From: Heptranchias perlo
Taxonomy: Eukaryota
Reading direction: 5' to 3'
Length of the DNA stretch: 63,744 nt
Assembly (NCBI RefSeq): GCF_035084215.1
Contig: NW_027139962.1
Coordinates: forward strand, 257-64,000
The position numbers were made by a program, and so were the translations under genes. Below are positions 25,395 to 36,284 of this stretch, piece after piece. Position 1 is the stretch's first letter; each line of letters begins with the position of its first letter. Below the pieces are notes generated by a model. The model saw only the letters and a program-made list of their open reading frames with translations, had not been told where the DNA came from and searched no databases.

Positions 25395-26045
25395 GAGGGG
25401 GGAGGGGGGGGGGCGGGAGGGGGGGAGAGAGGGGGGGGCGGCGGGAGGAAAGAGAGGGGGGGGCGGCGGGAGGAAAGAGAGGGGGGGGCGGCGGGAGGAA
25501 AGAGAGGGGGGGGGCGGCGGGAGGAAAGAGAGGGGGGGCCGGCGGGAGGAAAGAGAGGGGGGGCCGGCGGGAGGAAAGAGAGGGGGGGGGGCGGCGGGAG
25601 GAAAGAGAGGGGGGGCCGGCGGGAGGAAAGAGAGGGGGGGCCGGCGGGAGGAAAGAGAGGGGGGGGGCGGCGGGAGGAAAGAGAGGGGGGCCGGCGGGAG
25701 GAAAGAGAGGGGGGGCCGGCGGGAGGGGGGGGGGGGGGCGGCGGGAGGGGGGGGGGGCGGCGGGGGGGCGGCGGGAGGGGAGAGAGGGGGCCCGGCGGGA
25801 GGGGGGGGGGGGCGGCGGGGGGGGGAGAGAGGGGGCCCGGCGGGAGGGGAGAGAGGGGGCCCGGCGGGAGGGGAGAGAGGGGGCCCGGCGGGAGGGGAGA
25901 GAGGGGGCCCGGCGGGAGGGGAGAGAGGGGGCCCGGCGGGAGGGGAGAGAGGGGGCCCGGCGGGAGGGGAGAGAGGGGGCCCGGCGGGAGGGGAGAGAGG
26001 GGGCCCGGCGGGAGGGGAGAGAGGGGGCCCGGCGGGAGGGGAGAG
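25395..26045. repeat. G-rich 24-27 bp tandem repeats in KAT8 intron 3
   Basis: GGCGGGAGGAAAGAGAGGGGGG(CC), then GGCGGGAGGGGAGAGAGGGGGCCC units. Confidence 0.88.
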
Positions 26046-26120
26046 TGGGAGGGAGGAGAGCGGGATTGGGGAGAGCGGGAGTGAGGGAGGGAGAGCGGGA
26101 GTGGGGGCCACCCCCCTTAC

Positions 26121-26296
26121 CTTCTGGATGTGATTGATCTCGTCGTGTTTGCGTTTCTGGTTGCGGGTGATCTTTCTCTCCGGCTGTTCAGAGAGCTCGT
26201 TCATGTACTGGTCGCTGGTCTTCTGCACCGCCTCCTTCACCGTCTTGGTCAGCGCCAGGCGGTTCTTGTCCACCCATTCGTCCAGCCTCCGGTTAA
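26121..26296 (-). CDS. KAT8: KAT8 coding exon 3
   Basis: (F)[58 protein letters not shown]; CAG / GTAAG sites. Confidence 0.95.
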
Positions 26297-26589
26297 CTGC
26301 GGGTCGAGAGGGAGAGAGGCTGTTCAGGCTGCTTCTGAACCGCGGGCGTTTTGTCCGATAACTCTCAGGGACCGAGAGTCCCCCACCGCCCCAACCCGCC
26401 TCGATGTGGGCCTGAGCCCCACGCACACGCGCACACACAGCAGGAAAGGGCCGGGCCCCATCCCCGGCCCTGCGCTGAGTTACCCAGGGTGAGGACACCA
26501 GGTGATGCCCCACGCAGTCGAATATGCTGGCAACGTTTGCGCCTGAACGGCAGGCGAGACGCTGCGGGGCACCTGCAGAACAGTCCTCA

Positions 26590-26757
<168 letters not shown>

Positions 26758-26871
26758 TCAGATGTCACGAGGTGAACGACAAAGGAAAAGGCCAAATTCA
26801 TGGAACCGTTGAGTTTTCCAGGACAGGGGGCCATTCGGCCCATCTTGCAACTGCCGTCACTTCGCGAGTGC

Positions 26872-29800
26872 AATCTCCAAACTAATCCCACTGCCCTGCT
26901 CTCTCCCCATCGCCCTGTATCAATCCCAAACTAATCCCACTGCCTCACTCTCTCCCCATAGCACTGTAACAATCCCCAAAATAATCCCACTGCCCCGCTC
27001 TCTCCCCATAGCCCTGTATCAATCCCCAAACTAATCCCACTGCCCCGCTCTCTCCCCACAGCCCTGTATCAATCCCCAAACTAATCCCACTGCCCCGCTC
27101 TCTCCCCACAGCCCTGTATCAATCCCCAAACTAATCCCACTGCCCCGCTCTCTCCCCATAGCCCTGTATCAATCCCCAAACTAATCCCACTGCCCCGCTC
27201 TCTCCCCACAGCCCTGTATCAATCCCCAAACTAATCCCACTGCCCCGCTCTCTCCCCATAGCCCTGTATCAATCCCCAAACTAATCCCACTGCCCCACTC
27301 TCTCCCATAGCCCTGTATCGATCCCCAAACTAATCCCACTGCCCCGCTCTCTCCCCATAGCCCTGTATCAATCCCCAAACTAATCCCACTGCCTCACTCT
27401 CTCCCCATAGCCCTGTATCAATCCCCAATCTAATCCCACTGCCCCATAGTCCAGTATCAATCCCCAACTAATCCCACTGCCCCACTCTCTCCCCACAGCC
27501 CAGTATCAATCCCCAATCTAATCCCACTGCCCCATTCTCTCCCCATAGCCCTGTATCAATCCCCAAACTAATCCCACTGCCCCACTCTCTCCCCATAGCC
27601 GTGTATCAATCCCCAAACTAATCCCACTGCCCCACTCTCTCCCCATAGCCCTGTATCAATCCCCAAACTAATCCCACTGCCCCACTCTCTCCCCATAGCC
27701 CAGTATCGATCCCCAAACTAATCCCACTGCCCCACTCTCTCCCCATAGCCCTGTATCGATCCCCAAACTAATCCCCCTGCCCCGCTCTCTCCCCATAGCC
27801 CTGTATCGATCCCCAAACTAATCCCCCTGCCCCGCTCTCTCCCCATAGCCCTGTATCGATCCCCAAACTAATCCCACTGCCCCGCTCTCTCCCCATAGCC
27901 CTGTATCGATCTCCAAACTAATCCCACTGCCCTGCTCTCTCCCCATAGCCCTGTATCGATCCCCAAACTAATCCACTGCCCCGCTCTCTCCCCATAGTCC
28001 TGTATCAATCCCCAAACTCATCCCCCTGCCCCGCTCTCTCCCCATAGCCCTGTATCGATCCCCAAACTAATCCCACTGCCCCGCTCTCTCCCCATAGCCC
28101 TGTATCGATCCCCAAACTAATCCCACTGCCCCGCTCTCTCCCCATAGCCCTGTATCGATCCCCAAACTAATCCCACTGCCCCACTCTCTCCCCATAGCCC
28201 TGTATCAATCCCCAAACTAATCCCACTGCCCCACTCTCTCCCCATAGCCCTGTATCGATCTCCAATCTAATCCCACTGACCCACTCTCTCCCCATAGCCC
28301 TGTATCAATCCCAAACTAATCCCACTGCCCCGCTCTCTCCCCATAGCCCTGTATCAATCCCCAAACTCATCCCACTGCCCCACTCTCTCCCCATAGCCCT
28401 GTATCAATTCCCAAACTAATCCCACTGCCCCGCTCTCTCCCGATAGCCCTGTATCAATCCCCAAACTAATCCCACTGCCCCGCTCTCTCCCCATAGTCCT
28501 GTATCAATCCCCAAACTAATCCCACTGCCCCGCTCTCCCATAGCCCTGTATCAATCCCCAAAATAATCCCACTGCCCCGCTCTCTCCCCATAGACCTGTA
28601 TCGATCCCCAAACTAATCTCACTGCCCCACTCTCTCCCCATAGCCCTGTATCGATCCCCAAACTAATCCCACTGCCCCGCGCTCTACCCATAGCCATGTA
28701 TCAATCCCCAAACTAATCCCACTGCCCCGCTCTCTCCCCATAGCCCTGTATCAATCCCCAAACTAAACCCACTGCCCCACTCTTTCCCCATAGCCCTGTA
28801 TCAATCCCCAAACTAATCCCACTGCCCCACTCTATCCACACATCCCTGTATCGATCCCCAAACTCATCCCACTGCCCCGCTCTCCGCATAGCCCTGCATC
28901 ACTCCGCAATCTAATCCCACTGCCCCGCTGTCTCCCCATCACCCTGTATCAATCCCCAAACTAATCCCGCTGCCCTGCTCTCTCCCCATAGCCCTGTATC
29001 AATCCGGAAACTAATCCCACTGCCCCGCTCTCTCCCCATAGCCCTGTATCGATCCCCAAACTAATCCCACTGCCTCACTCTCTCCCCATAGCCCTGTATC
29101 AATCCCCAATCTAATCCCACTGCCCCATAGTCCAGTATCAATCCCCAACTAATTCCACTGCCCCACTCTCTCCCCACAGCCCAGTATCAATCCCCAATCT
29201 AATCCCACTGCCCCGTTCTCTCCCCATAGCCCTGTATCGATCCCCAATCTAATCCCACTGACCCACTCTCTCCCCATAGCCCTGTATCAATCCCAAACTA
29301 ATCCCACTGCCCTACTCTCTCCCCATAGCACTGTATCAATCCCCAATCTAATCCCTCTGCCCTGCTCTCTTCCCCATAGCCCTGTATCAATCCCCAAACT
29401 CATCCCACTGCCCCGCTCTCTCCCGATAGCCCTGTATCAATTCCCAATCTAATCCCACTGACCCACTCTCTCCCCATAGCCCTGTATCAATCCCCAAACT
29501 AATCCCACTGCCCTGCTCTCTCCCCACAGCCCTGTGTCGATCCCCAAACTCATCCCACTGCCCCGCTCTCTCCCCATAGCCCTGTATCAATCCCCAAACT
29601 AATCCCACTGCCCCACTCTCTCCCCATAGCCCTGTATCGATCTCCAATCTAATCCCACTCTCTCCCATAGCCCTGTATCAATCCCCAAACTCATCCCACT
29701 GCCCCGCTCTCTCCCGATAGCCCTGTATCAATTCCCAAACTAATCCCACTGCCCCGCTCTCTCCCCATAGCCCTGTATCAATTCCCAAACTAATCCCACT

Positions 29801-30379
29801 GCCCCGCTCTCTCCCCATAGCCCTGTATCAATCCCCAAACTAATCCCACTGCCCCGCTCTCTCCCCATAGCCCTGTATCAATCCCCAATCTAATCCCACT
29901 GCCCCGCTCTCTCCCCATAGTCCTGTATCAATCCCCAACGAATCCCACTGTCCCACTCTCTCCCATAGCCCTGTATCGATCCCCAGTCTAATCCCACTGC
30001 CCCGCTCTCTCCCCATAACTCTGTATCAATCCCAAACTAGTCCCACTGCCCTGCTCTCTCCCCACAGCCCTGTGTCGATCCCCAAACTCATCCCTCTGCC
30101 CTGCTCTCTCCCGAGCCCTGTATCAATCCCCAATCAAATCCCACTGCCCCACTCTCTCCCCATAGTCCTGTATCAATCCTCAAACTGATCCCACTGCCCC
30201 GCTCTCTCCCGATAGCCCTGTATCAATCCCCAAAGTAATCCCACTGCCCAGCACTCTCCCCACAGCCGTGTATCAATCCCCAAACTAATCCCACTGCCCC
30301 GCTCTCTCCCCACAGCCGTGTATCAATCCCCAAACTAATCCCATTGCCCCGCTCTCTCCCCATAGTCCTGTATCAATCC
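26872..30379 (-). repeat. 50-bp minisatellite (~70 copies) filling most of KAT8 intron 1
   Basis: Same unit as 16497-17240, more diverged in the right half. Confidence 0.93.
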
Positions 30380-30531
30380 ACAGCAGGGGGGAGTTGTCCC
30401 CAGTGTCCTCGGGCCAATATTTATCCCTCAACCAACATCACTAAAAGAAATGATCAGGTGATAATCATATTGCTGTTTCTGGGATCTTGCTGTGTGCAAC
30501 TTAGCTGTTGCGTTTCCTGCATTACCACAGT

Positions 30532-30980
30532 GTCAGCCCTTGCTCAGTTGGTAGTACTCTCGCCTCGGAGTCAGAAGGTCCTGAGTTCAACTCCCACTCC
30601 AGAGACACAAGCACAAAATCTCGGCTGACAGTGCAGTGCTGAGGGAGCGCTGGTGTTTTTCGGATCAGACGTTAAACCGAGGGCCCCGTCTGCCCTCTCA
30701 GGCGGACGTCAAGGATCCCATGGCACTACTCTGATGAGGTGCTGGGGCGTTCTCCCCGCTGTCCTGGGGCCAACATTTATCCCTCAACCAACATCACGAA
30801 GAAGCAGATTGCCCAGTCGTTGCCACAGTGCCGTTTGCGGGATCTTGCTGTGCGCAAATTGGCTGCCGCGTTTACCTACATCCCAACAGTGACCGCACTT
30901 CAAAAAGTCCCTTCCTGGCCGCAAAGCGCGTTGGGACGTCCCGAGTTTGCGGCCGGCGCTGCGGAAGAGCGCGTCCTTTC
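30532..30980 (+). mobile_element. Near full-length Deu-domain SINE without array expansion
   Basis: A-box TGCTCAGTTGG 30541, B-box GAGTTCAACTCC 30583, a single partial CAGTGCTGAGGGAGCGC unit, Deu core and tail; preceded by a partial copy at 30380-30530. Confidence 0.8.
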
Positions 30981-31264
30981 CTTCCGCGCTCGCTCGGGTC
31001 ATACACCCCGGTGTGGGTGGGGGCGACCCTCTTCGACCGGATGATCTCACGGTCACCACGCACCCCCCCCCCCCCCAACCTCGTGCGCGGGAGCCTGCAA
31101 ATCGCCTGGGGCGCGCGTCGAGTCGAAAAGCCTCCGTCACCGTGAGCAATGCCACGGGAGGCACCGCCTCCAAAAGGGGGGGGCGTCCCGCGTAAAACCG
31201 CGCGTCGGTGGCAAAAGGTTGGGGGGGGGGGGGCGGCGACCACAAATCTCGGTCAGGTGCTCAC

Positions 31265-31707
31265 GCCAGGTGTTGTCCGCCCTCTTGCACAGGTAAGTCT
31301 CGCCAATCTCCACCGTCACCTCTTGCTCCCTGCTGCTGGTGTTGTTGCTGGTGTTGGTGTTGTTGTTGGTGTTGCCGCAGTTGCGGTTGGCTCCTCCGCC
31401 GCCGCCGGGGGGGGGGCGGTGTCTCCCCGCCGCAGTTTCGCCTGGCGCCGCCGGGGGGCGGTGTCTCCCGCTGCTCCGAGCCGTGGCGCCGCTGCTGGGA
31501 CTGGGACTGGGACGGCGGCAAATCGTCGAGGCCGGGCTCCCGCTTCACCTCCACCAGCAGCGTCGAGCTGTTGTTGTCGTTGTTTCCCCCTCCTCCTCCT
31601 CCTCCTTGCTGCTTCAGCCCGTTGCGAAACGCATCGGCCGGCGGTTCCGTCTCCATTTCCTCCATCTTGATCACCGCCTGCGTCTGGACCGCCGCCGCCG
31701 CCATCAT
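31265..31707 (-). CDS. KAT8: KAT8 (MOF/MYST1) coding exon 1, with one extra base in a G10 run at 31407-31416
   Basis: MMAAAAVQTQAVIKMEE... low-complexity N-terminus, then in a shifted frame REQEVTVEIGETYLCKRADNTW (start of chromobarrel); GTGAG donor at 31264. Confidence 0.85.
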
Positions 31708-32960
31708 CGACCAACCGTCGCCACTGGACCGTTTCTTTGTGTGGACGGCCCATGCGCATGCGCGGGTTCGGGTTCGGGGGGGTGTGTGTGTAGGGGGAAG
31801 GGGCGGGGCCTCCGCGCGCGCGCGCTCTCTCGCGTCCCCACCCACCACCCGTTGACGTCACCGCGCCTCATTGATATTCAGCTCGGCGGCAGGCGATTGG
31901 CCGACGGGGCGCTCTTTAATTATAACCACAGCCCCGCCCATGCGCGGGTTCGGTACGGGGGCGGGGCTTCTACCTCAGCGCGCGCGCCCCCCCCCCCTCC
32001 CCTCCCCGTTGTCGTCACCGAGCGCTCATTGATATTCAGGTCGGCGGCAGGCGGTTGGCCGACGGGGGCGCTCTTAATTATTCCACAGCCCCGCCCCGCC
32101 ACCTTGACGTCACCGCGCCTCATTGATATTCAGCTCGGCGGCAGGCGGTTGGCCGACGGGGGCTGTTGATTATTCCACAGCCCCGCCTCGCCACCTTGAC
32201 GTCACCGCGCCTCATTGATATTCAGCTCGGCGGCAGGCGGTTGGCCGACGGTGGCGCTCTTAATTATTCCACAGCCCCGCCCATGCGCGGGTTCGGTGGT
32301 TGGGGGGGGGGAGTGGAAAGGGGGCGGGGCTTCCACCTTCTCGCGCGCGCCCCGCCCATCCCCATTGTCGTCACCGAGCCTCATTGATATTCAGCTCGGC
32401 GGCAGGCGGTTGGCCGACGGGGCGCTCTTAATTATTCCACAGCCCCCACAGCCCCGCCCATGCGCGGGTTCGGGGGTGGGCGGGGCTTCCACCACAGCGC
32501 GCGCCCCCTCCGCCCTCCCCGTTGACGTCACCGCCCCTCATTAATATTCAGCTCGGCGGCAGGCGGTTGGCCGACGGACGGGGGGGGGGGAGCTCTTAAT
32601 TATTCCGCCTCCTCGAGGGACGACGTAGGCGCGCACGCCGTGACGTCGGGAGCGGCCCGGCCCGGCCCGCGCCTGCGCCCTAGGGATCAAGACCAGAGTG
32701 GGGGATGGGGGGGGAAACAAAATGGCGGCTTGACCATTTTTTTTTTTGGCTGGGTTTCCCTTCTTTGTTGGTCCCCTCCCCTTAAAAATAAATCAAGCCT
32801 GAGGCTTTGGGGCCCTCCTCTGGCAACAACATGGAAGAGTTAAGCCCCAGAGGTTGTCTGCAGGATCACCTTTAAGGAAAATTTGCTCTTTGATAATTTG
32901 GCTCATTGGGTGTTGGCTCATTTTTATTTTTGGAGGGGGAAGGAGGAGTTTTGGTTGGAG
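31708..32960. promoter_or_regulatory. Bidirectional CpG-island promoter / 5' region shared by KAT8 and BCKDK
   Basis: Divergent start codons ~1.25 kb apart. NRF1-like TGCGCATGCGC ~31753; TGACGTCA at 31853, 32105, 32197, 32523; GC boxes; YY1-like AAAATGGCGGC 32719-32729. Confidence 0.8.
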
Positions 32961-33158
32961 ATGGCGCTGCGGTTAATGGCGGTGGGGGGATGGAGGCGGG
33001 CTCCCCTCGCTCTGGGATCCGCTGCCCCCGCCCCCCGGTGGAGGTCCACCTCGGCAACGGACCATTACCACCACAATCACCACGAGACGACCAAGGAGCG
33101 CTCCAAGGCCGTCAGCTCCTTCTACAACCAGTCGTCCATCGACAGCGCAGCGGAGAAG
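32961..33158 (+). CDS. BCKDK: BCKDK coding exon 1 (probable mitochondrial presequence)
   Basis: gagATGg; MALRLMAVGGWRRAPLALG...RSTSATDHYHHNHHETTKERSKAVSSFYNQSSIDSAAEK; GT donor 33159. Confidence 0.9.
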
Positions 33159-33364
33159 GTAAACCGCTCGCTCGCTTTCTCCCCCCCCCCCCCCTCCCCC
33201 TCCCTCCGTGGCCCCGTTCGTGCGTGGCAAGCGTTAAGGCGAGCGGCGGCGGGCTGTTCGACTGCAGCGGCGTCGGCGCCTCTTCTTGCCGCCGCGGTCA
33301 CTGGATCAGAAACGGGAACTTTTGGAAGGTTTTTAATTCTCCTGATCTGTAGCCTGGGCGGAGG

Positions 33365-34630
33365 AAGGAAGGAGGGAGGGGTTGAGGGAGGGTGCGGCGG
33401 TGGGGTTGAGGGAGGGTGGGTGCGGCGGGGGGGGGGGGGGGGGGTTGAGGGAGGGTGGGAGTAGGGCAAGATGGGAAATAGTGGGGGGGGGGTCAGGGGA
33501 GCGGGGGGGTTTCGGGGGAGGGTCGGAGGGAGCGGGGGGGTTAGCGGAGGGAAGGAGGGAGCGGGGGGGTTAGGGGGAGGGAGCGGGGGGGTTAGGGGGA
33601 GGGTCGGAGAGAGCGGGGGGGTTAGGGGGAGGGTCGGAGGGAGCGGGGGGGATGGGAGGGTCAGAGAGAGCGGGGAGGGTCGGAGAGAGCGGGGGGGTTA
33701 GGGGGAGGGTCGGAGAGAGCGGGGGGGTTAGGGGGAGGGTCGGAGGGAGCGGGGGGTTAGGGGAGGGTCGGAGGGAGCCGGGGGGTTAGGGGGAGGGTCG
33801 GAGGGAGCCGGGGGGTTAGGGGGAGGGTCGGAGGGAGCGTGGGGGTTAGGGGAGGGTCGGAGGGAGCCGGGGGGTTAGGGAAGGGACGGAGGGAGCCGGG
33901 GGGTTAGGGGAGGGACGGAGGGGGTCGGGAGAGGAAACATTGGGGGTTTGAGGGAGGGAGCGTGAGGGTTTGAGGGGGGAGGGAGTCGGGAGAGGGAGTG
34001 GTGAGGGGTTTTGAGGTTGGGACGGAGGGAGCGGGGAGGGTTTGGTGGATGGACAGAAGGAGTCGGGGGGGTTTGGGGGAGAGGGCGGGGGTTTGGGGGA
34101 GAGGGCGGAGTTTGGGGGAGTGGGGCAGGGTTTGGGGAGGGGGCGGAGTTTGGGGGGGTTTGGGGGAGAGGGCGGGGTTTGGGGGAGTGGGGCAGGGTTT
34201 GGGGAGGGGGCGGAGTTTGGGGGGGTTTGGGGGAGAGGGCGGGGTTTGGGGGAGAGGGCGGGGTTTGGGGGAGTGGGGCAGGGTTTGGGGGAGTGGGGCA
34301 GGGTTTGGGGGAGTGGGGCAGGGTTTGGGGGAGTGGGGGTGTTTGGGGAGGGGGCAGAGTTTGGGGTGGTTTGGGGGAGGGGGGGGCGGTTTGGTGGAGA
34401 GGGGGGGGTTGGGGAGAGGGCGGGGAGAGGTGGGTGTTTGGGGGAGAGGGGGGGTTTGCAGGTGGGGGGGTTTGGGGGAGTGGGGGGGTTTGCAGGTGGG
34501 GGGGTTTTGGGGGGGCGGGGGTTTGGGGGAGAGGGCGGGACGGGTTTGGGGAAGAGGGCGGGGAGTGGGGGGGTGTTTGGGGGAAAGGGCGGGGTCTGGG
34601 GGAGTGGGCGGGGTCTGGGGGACGGGGCTG
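33365..34630. repeat. G-rich low-complexity/tandem tract at the start of BCKDK intron 1
   Basis: GGGGGGTTAGGGGGAGGGTCGGAGGGAGC units followed by GGGTTTGGGGGAG units. Confidence 0.88.
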
Positions 34631-34749
34631 AGCATCCTGAGATCAGCGAAGTTACCGCAGTTCATGGCGGGGGGAGAGGGTCAGACCCAGACACCTCCCT
34701 GGTCTGCCTGGCTCAGAGTCTTTCACCTCTTTACCAATGACGCAGATAA

Positions 34750-35690
34750 GTCATAGAATCATGCAGCTCACAAGGAGGCCATTCTGCCCATTGTGCCTAT
34801 GCTGGCTCTTGAAAGAGCTGTCCAATTAGTCCCACGCCCCTCACTCTTTCCTGATAGCCCGACAAAATTTATCCAATTCCCCCTTTTGAAAGTTATTATT
34901 GAATCTGCTTCCACCGCCCTTTCAGGCAGTGAATTCCAGATCATCACAACTCGCTGCGTAAAATAACATTCTCCTCATCTCCCTCCTCTGTCTCTTTCCC
35001 CGATTATCTTCAATCTGTGTCCTCTGGTCACCGACCCTCCTGCCCACTGGGAAACAGTCTCTCCTCATTTACTCGATCAAAACCCCCTCGTGATTTTGAA
35101 CCCCTCGATTAAATCTCCCCTCAACCTTCTCTGCTCTCCCGTCAGCTTCTCCCGTCTCTCCACGTCACTAAAGCCCCTCATCCCCTGGAATCATTCTGGT
35201 AAATCTCCTCTGCATCCTCTCCAAGGCCTTCACATCCTTCCTAAAGTGCGGGACCCAGAATAGAACAGAATTCTCCAGCTGAGGCCCAACCAGTGTTTTA
35301 TAAAGGGTTTAGTATAACTCCCTTGCTTTTGTACTTTGGCCTCTATTAATAAAGACCAGGATCCCGTATGATTTTTTAAACACCCTTCTCAACCTGTCCC
35401 GCCACCTTCAAAGATTTGTGTACACGCACCCCCGGGTCTCTCAGTTCCTGCACCCCCTTTTAGAATTGTACCCTTTAGTTCTTATTGCCTCTCCTCGTTT
35501 TTCCTACCGAAATGCGTCACTTCACGCTTCTCTGTGTTAAATTTAATCTGCCCCGTGTCCGCCCCGTCTCACCAGTGCGTCTCTGTCCTCCTGGAGTCTG
35601 TCACTATCCTCCACGTTGTTGACTGCATCCCCGAGTTTCGTGCCACCTGCAATCTTTGAAATTATGCCCTGTAAACCCAAATCCAGATGT
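34750..35690 (-). mobile_element. CR1 3' fragment
   Basis: Reverse complement resembles 13810-14400 and 38530-39115. Confidence 0.82.
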
Positions 35691-35752
35691 GGGGCGGGTT
35701 CGATGAGTGGGGACTGGGTTTCAGTTCACCATTTGGGTCTTTATCTCTCCAG

Positions 35753-35821
35753 GCTTCAGTGCGTCTCACTCCGACTACGATGCTGTACGCAGGGAAATCC
35801 CCGGATGGATCCCATCTGCTG
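35753..35821 (+). CDS. BCKDK: BCKDK coding exon 2
   Basis: ASVRLTPTTMLYAGKSPDGSHLL, AG/GT flanked. Confidence 0.93.
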
Positions 35822-35825
35822 GTAG

Positions 35826-35859
<34 letters not shown>

Positions 35860-36284
35860 TTTTGTGTATATATACGTGTGTGTACAGTTCAGAGGAATTC
35901 CTGATCAAACTGTACCGGGGTCTGGGCCGACCGCACCCGGAGGACCGGGCCGTGATCTTATAGAGGGATATAAGATAATTAAGGGAATGGAACAAGGTGA
36001 ATCTGGAATACTACCGTGAATTGCAAGAGGAGAACGGCGAGGGTCGCAGGTTAAAACTGGTCAACGGGAAACTTCACGACTGATGTGAACAAATTCTTCA
36101 CCCAGAGAGAGATCGGGCAGAGCAATAGTGGCAAAAACCATGGAGTTAATTAATAACCAATTGGTGCAATAAAGAAAGAAATTACGTGTATTCATACAGA
36201 GCCTTTCACCACCTCAGGATGTCCCAAAGCGTTTCACAGTCAGTGAAATACGTTTTTGAAGTACAGCCACTGTTGTAGGAACAA

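Noticed and set aside
30532-30605. Functional tRNA gene
   Set aside because: A/B boxes continue directly into the SINE body, and no complete cloverleaf or terminator is evident.
33480-33910. Interstitial telomere
   Set aside because: TTAGGG occurs once per ~29-bp unit, never as tandem hexamers.
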